From Eledone cirrhosa (Eukaryota), in the NCBI GenBank assembly GCA_964016885.1, contig OZ024743.1, positions 289,664,001-289,728,000 on the forward strand: a DNA stretch of 64,000 bases. The letters are read 5' to 3'. Of this stretch, positions 58,270-64,000 are shown in pieces; position 1 is the stretch's first letter; every line of letters begins with the position of its first letter. A model generated the notes under the pieces. It did no database searches. It was not told the DNA's origin and worked only from the letters and a program-made list of their open reading frames with translations. A program made the translations under genes and the position numbers.

Positions 58270-61250
58270 AATAATAATAATGCTTTCTTTATTAACCACA
58301 AGGGTTTACATAAAGTAGACATTAAGGACAGTACAGGACAATACAGGACGGTACAAATGGGCATTTCTGCGTGTAAAAAAACAAAAACAGAGGATGTAAC
58401 AAAAAAACAATGAAAAATTCCCCAATAGGGGGGAGACTTCCGAGGGACATTTGTGGAGAAAGCCCATTAAAAGGCCACAGTGACGCTGACCACCAGGGCA
58501 AGTGCCCTCTCCCAGTTTTCCACCTTTAATTTACAGACACATACTCGGGCTATTCTTGCTTCTCTCACCCATCTTTCAAAAAATGCTGGGGAGAGAGCAC
58601 TTCCTTCTCTACCCTGATTTTCCTTTTCAAATGAAATTTGAAAAAGTCGATCAGGGCATCAGCGAAGAGGTAAGTGCTCGTCTTCAGCCCTTTCAAACGT
58701 GTACACCATACTATCTCTTTCGCCATGGCCACCAGAGATATAAAAACTGCCTACCCTTCCCGGCTAAAGGAAGAGGGCGGGGCAATCCTCACGATGGACT
58801 CAGCTGATAGCTGGATCCGTCCTACACGCGACTGCAGGTGTTCGACATAAACCCACAAGTCAGAAATTCTCGGACACTGGACGCGTGCTTGCAGGACTGT
58901 TTCGTCGCCCTGTGCGCCTCTCGGACATGCCCGGCTGACGGCACCTCCATGCCTGTAGATTTATCCCGAACCGGCAAAGCTCTTCGGTAGCACTTTCAGG
59001 CCAGGGATTTCTGGAAGTTGTCCATAGGCCCCGGCCCGAAAGTTCTTCCGAGGAGATTGGCTAGTTGATTTTCGTCGAGGCCTAGAGTTTTCCCCAAGTA
59101 CGTCGTCGCTCTTCCCCTCCACTAATCCTCTATAGAACGCCGAGGTGGAGTTTCCACCGATCACATTGCCCGATTGGTCGAGGGCTGTGAGCGCCTGAAG
59201 ACATTTCAGTCCTCAAGCGCTCCTTCTCGGTCTTCGCTTGACCCAGGACTGCAGCTCCGTCAAGGAGGTCCGGACCGAACCAGAGCCCTAGCAATTTAAC
59301 CGGTCCGTCCGTCCAGCGCCCGACGACGGTGTTGGACGGCATGGACCTACCTCTCCAGGTGCCGAGCTGCAGGCCCACTGACTTTTCGTGGTTGATCATT
59401 GCTCATGTCACCGCTTCGTATTCTTTTAGTGTAGTGCCGATCGCCTCGATGTGTTTGGCGTTCGACACCACTACGGTGACATCGTCCGCATATGCTGACA
59501 TGGAACTTCCGCATCCTAGTTCGCGCGGGACACCCCTCAACGTCTCCAGTTTCTGCAGTAATGGCTCGAGAGTCAATACGTACAAGAGGGACGAGAGGGG
59601 ACATCCTTGGCGGACCGAGCGCATGATGTTGAACGGTTCCGAAAGGTAACCGTTCATTCTCACCACAGAGCAGATGTCGCTGTGCATGGCAGCGATCCAG
59701 CCTCTGAAGACGGGCCCAAAGCCAGCCGCCTTTCTGACTGCCGCTAGGTAACGATGGTCAATCCTATCGAAAGCTTTCGACTGATCTAAATTGATCAAGG
59801 ACCCACCCGTGCCAGGTTCCCTAGCTACCCTCTCTACGATGTATCGCATGAGGTGGAGGTTGTCGTGGATGGATCTGTCGGGAATGGCGCATGTCTGCGC
59901 CTCTCCCACCAGACCACCAACGACAAGCGCCAACCTCTTTGCTAGCACCTTGGCCAAAATCTTGAACTCTGTGTTTAGCAGAGTTATGGGCCTGAAATAT
60001 GTTATCCCCCTTGTTCGGATCCTTTCTCAGCAGCGCCACCGCGCCTCGGCTCACAGAACTGGGAATGTTGCCAGTTGCAGTAGACGTCCGCCAAGAGGCC
60101 TCAAAACAAGTCTGGCATCTGTACGTAAAATTCATAGGGCAGACCATCCAAAACCAGGCGATTTACCCCTTGTGCAGCCAGTCATTGCCTCCCGTACTTC
60201 AGCGGCTGTTATCGGCTCTTCGCAACACTCCGCCTCAGTGGCCGAGAGCCGCGGCAGTCCGACGAGGTATACACTAATGTCCATCCCTCGACCCGGCCCA
60301 CCGCTGCCCCAGAACATCTGAGCGAAGTGTCGCTGAAAAGTTTTTCACATTTGCCCGGGATCAAGTAGCATGCGTCCGTCGTGGTCCACCAAAGACCGGA
60401 TCGTGGCTTTGTTGCCACGACGCGTCTCCGCCACTCGGGCCCATTGAACGGCTTTCGTCCCCTCGTGTCTGAGAGCACGCACCCTAGCTCTGACAACGCA
60501 GCCTTCGTGCTTTGCATTGAAGAATTGGTCAAGGGCCAATTTCTCCGCACGCACGTCGTTCGCGATGCCTTTGCTAAGCGCCTCGTCTAATTTTCTAACT
60601 AGTTCTCCCTTTGCTCTATTTTTCTCTATTGCTAAAGCCTTACTAAACCTAATGGATTCTATTCTAATCGCTCTTTTCAGAGCAAACCACCACTTGTTGT
60701 TGACGATGGCCCCTCGTCAACGACCGCTTAACTAGTTCGCCAATCCGGTCTCTGTAGGCCTTGCGCGCTGGTAAGGACGCGTTTAGCTTCCAGTAGCCGG
60801 GTCCTCGTCTATGAAGCCTATCTAAGTCAAACACACAGATCACGAATTTGTGGTCCGTGTAGCTGACTATCTTGAATTGTGGATAGCCTAGGCTAGAGCT
60901 ATCTATTTCCCTACAAAATACTCTATCTAGATATGATCTGGATGACCCTATGCGGTTTGTCCAAGTCCACATTGGCACATTCGGGAAATCCAATCGGTAC
61001 CTTTCAGAGAGTTCAAAACGCCTGAGCAGGTTGGTGAGACTCTTGCACCCTCCACCCCTATCCGCTAATCCCACACAGTCCCAGCGTGCATCTAAGAACC
61101 CATTCCAGTCGCCCACTAACACTAAAGAAAGGTTTCCAGACGCCGGAAGAAATCAGGCCGCCCTGTTCTTGTCGGGGCATAGACGGCCACTAGCCTGAAA
61201 GCTTGCCCGTCTTCGCTGGTCACGTCCAGCACCACCAACTTACCTTCTGG
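58270..61250 (-). pseudogene. Degenerate L1/Tx1-like LINE ORF2 (APE endonuclease + RT)
   Basis: EN: VGDWN, WTW, SYLDRVF, TDHK, GYWKLN; RT: LDQSKAFDRIDH, VRQGCPLS, AYADDVT; many frameshifts. Confidence 0.92.
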
Positions 61251-61254
61251 CCCG

Positions 61255-61539
61255 TATGGCGAGATCCAGGACTTAAAGTGGGAGGTAAAAAGGATTTGGA
61301 ACTGCCATCAAGTCAAAGTGGTCCCAATTGTCAGAGGCGGACTAGGTAGTATCTCAAAGAGTTTCCAATGATGGTTAAAGAAAATTGGTCCCGCCCCGCT
61401 TTTGGAACACTTCAAAAGGCATGCTTGCTGGGAACAGCAAGAATTCTCCGATACGTCCTGAATATCTGAGGCTGCAGGTAGCGGCTTGATATTCATTTCA
61501 ACAAACTTTCCAGTTAAATAACATCAATGACTGAGACTC

Positions 61540-61592
<53 letters not shown>
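61255..61592 (+). mobile_element. 3' end of an R4/Dong-like (RLE) LINE with (AAT)n tail
   Basis: QDLKWEVKRIWNCHQVKVVPIVRGGLGS...LQKACLLGTARILRYVLNI*, short UTR, then (AAT)n. Confidence 0.75.
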
Positions 61593-61596
<4 letters not shown>

Positions 61597-62444
61597 TTTC
61601 TTAATTGGCCACAAGGGCTGACATCAAGAAAAACATTACAGGCGGCACAGGACGGTACATATTTCTGGCCACGTCTGATGTGGGTTTTTTTTCGCCCACA
61701 CATGTCCCAAAGCATTTTGTATTTGGGACTCGGATGCGCATTCCACTCGGCGCGATTTTATGTTAATCGTCTGATAAGACACGGTGCATAGACGACGATA
61801 ATCCATTTTATTTAGTGTGTGTGTGTGTGTGTGTGTGGGGGGGGGTTAGGCTTACCCTGTACCCATCTTTCTTTACCATTTTCTTGACTTCATCTAGTTC
61901 CTCCTGAGTTACCTGGATTGTTTCGCATGTTTTAGCTGCTTTGGCAAAAGACACGATGTTGTTATTCTCATTGTTGTTGTTGCTGTTGTTGTTATTGTTA
62001 CTTTTGTTATTGTTATTTTTAGTTTCAGTAGTGGTGGTTGTGGCTTTAGTGGTGTTCGGTGTGGAAGAGTCTATTCTGGGTGAATCCATTTCGATGTCAC
62101 GAGATAATTTATTTTTTCTTTTGTTTATGTTTCATTGCGGTGGTGGTGGTGGGTGTGGCTGCTTCAACACCTGCAGTCATTGGTAATGGCGGGAAATGAA
62201 TGTCTGCATGAGACAAATTTAAATTATTGCTACTGCTTATATTTTTAGTGTTGGCAAACGTAATTTTCCATAAATCGCAATTTTAAACAAACGAAAACAA
62301 CAAACCTATGCGGAGCTTACGATGATACAATTTCCTACGTAGGTCGCCAATAATAATAATGATAATAATAATAATAATAATAATGATTTCATTTACAAAG
62401 AGGAGGCTAGCCCAAAGTGTAGGATCTGTGGAGAGAGAGAGAGG

Positions 62445-64000
62445 AGACATGTAGGGGACAATACAAAGACAGGGACAGTGGGGGTTTACAATAAGGTCGA
62501 GTAAAAGTGCACAATGGCAAGACTAATTTAACAATGAAAATATAAAAATATAAAATAAACTATGCATAAATATAACAAAATAAATTTCCATATAGGGGGT
62601 GGACGACCCTGGGGTGACTCGGGTGCCCCAGCAATCCTGAACCACCCTGCGCTTCTAGGGCACCCAGGGAGAGCACCCCTCTCCTCAAGTTAGCTAGCCT
62701 ATAGGCGCATGGTCAGAGTAGGCCCATTCACACGAGCCATTCTCGCCACATTCACCCACCTTTTAGCAAATGTACTGGGGGGCAACACTTCTCGCTCCAC
62801 CCTCACCTTCCTTTCCAGGTGAAACTTGAAGAAGTTGATGAGGGATTGGCCGAAGAGAAAAGTGTCTGTCTTCAGTCCTTTTAACCTGGTCCACCATATA
62901 ACCTCTTTCGCGACTGCCACATAGACAGAGGAAAATTTCCTGCTCTTCTTGACCTAAGGAAGGCGGTGGATCAATCTTCACTATGGACTCGGCCGATAGC
63001 CGGATTCGTTCCACACGCGACAGTAGCTGTTCGACATAACTCCACAAGTCAGTAAGTCACGGACATTGGATAAGTGCGTGCAGAACGGTTTCGTCGTTCT
63101 GTGCGCATCTTCGGCAGGTCCGTCTGACATCACTTCCGTGCCTGTAGAGTTTATCCCGAACCGGCAGTGCCCCCCGGTAGCACTGCCAAGCGAGGGATTT
63201 CTGGAAATTGTCCATTGTCCTCGGCTCAAAAGTCCTCCGGTACAGACTGGTCAATTCGACTTCGTCGAGGCCCAAAGCTTCTCCGAGTGCGTCATCGTAC
63301 TTGCTCACCACTAATCCTCTATAGAACTCGAGAGTGGAAGTTCCACTGATCGCATTGCCTGCTTGGTAGAGAGCAGTGAGTGCCTGGCAACTTTCCAGGT
63401 GCCAGTCACCCAATCTCGGTCTCTTCTTGACCCAGGACAGCAGCTCAGTTAAAGAAATGAGCTGCGGAAAGGCCCGTCTGATAAACGGCGACCACATCTG
63501 TTCACCGTTGAGGCAGAATATCTGGAGATGTCGCAGCCTCAACGCATGTCTGCCACGGCATGCCAAGCCCTCCGCGTAGAGGGTGCTGGCAGCAGATGGA
63601 CCGCCTCACAAACGGAACTTGTCCTCTCCACAAGAATTTGAAGAGGAGCCGTTCCAACTTGACGAGGCGCGGACGGGTGCAAGGCACGACGATCAGGCGG
63701 TAGTAGATGACGGACGCGATGTACGCATTCGCCACCTCCGCGCGACCTTTCATTGATAGCTTCCTCCCAGTTCATTTTTGGGTGAGACTGGCTACTCTGC
63801 TCGTTACTTCGTCCCAATTCTTTTCCACCTGGAGGTCTGGTCCGAACCAAACCCCGAGCAACTTTATCGGTCCGTCCGTCCAGCGCCCCACGACGCTGTT
63901 GGACGGCATAGGCTTACCTCTCCAGGTTCCGAGCTGCAAGCCCACCGACATTTCCGGGTTAAGTTTGGCTCCTGTCAACCTTTCATATTCCTTCAATAAG
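62445..64000 (-). pseudogene. Second degenerate L1/Tx1-like ORF2 (C-terminal half), running off the window
   Basis: GAKLNPEMSVGLQLG, IKLLGVWFG, GGLGMP, ALPVRDKL, CRRC..DETVLHALIQC; frameshifted. Confidence 0.9.

Overview
AT-rich eukaryotic, repeat-dominated DNA, most likely from an octopod cephalopod (inferred from the tRNA-derived SINEs and the large (TA)n/(CA)n load). No host gene is confidently visible, and most ORFs in the track are microsatellite translations. Contents: (i) two Penelope-like retroelements (PLEs; RT + C-terminal GIY-YIG), one arranged as a ~5.9-kb head-to-head palindrome (2433-8393) and one near-intact Hydra-clade-like element with tandem and inverted pseudo-LTRs (20118-26613); (ii) decayed L1/Tx1-like, R4/Dong-like and RTE-like LINE fragments and many SINEs; (iii) about 25 type-I hammerhead ribozyme (HHR) motifs from roughly a dozen sequence families, found by eye and nearly all inserted in (TA)n. 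The main discovery candidate is a non-coding retrozyme-like family with ~466-470-nt monomers: a tandem array at 50790-52375, a diverged member at 37132-37717 and a decayed member at 53615-54537. Each monomer carries a minimal HHR whose stems covary between subfamilies, a conserved octamer (ATGCAAAT) plus TATA-like upstream block reminiscent of snRNA promoters, and PLE-type insertion signatures. All RNA structures are manual pairings, not computed folds.
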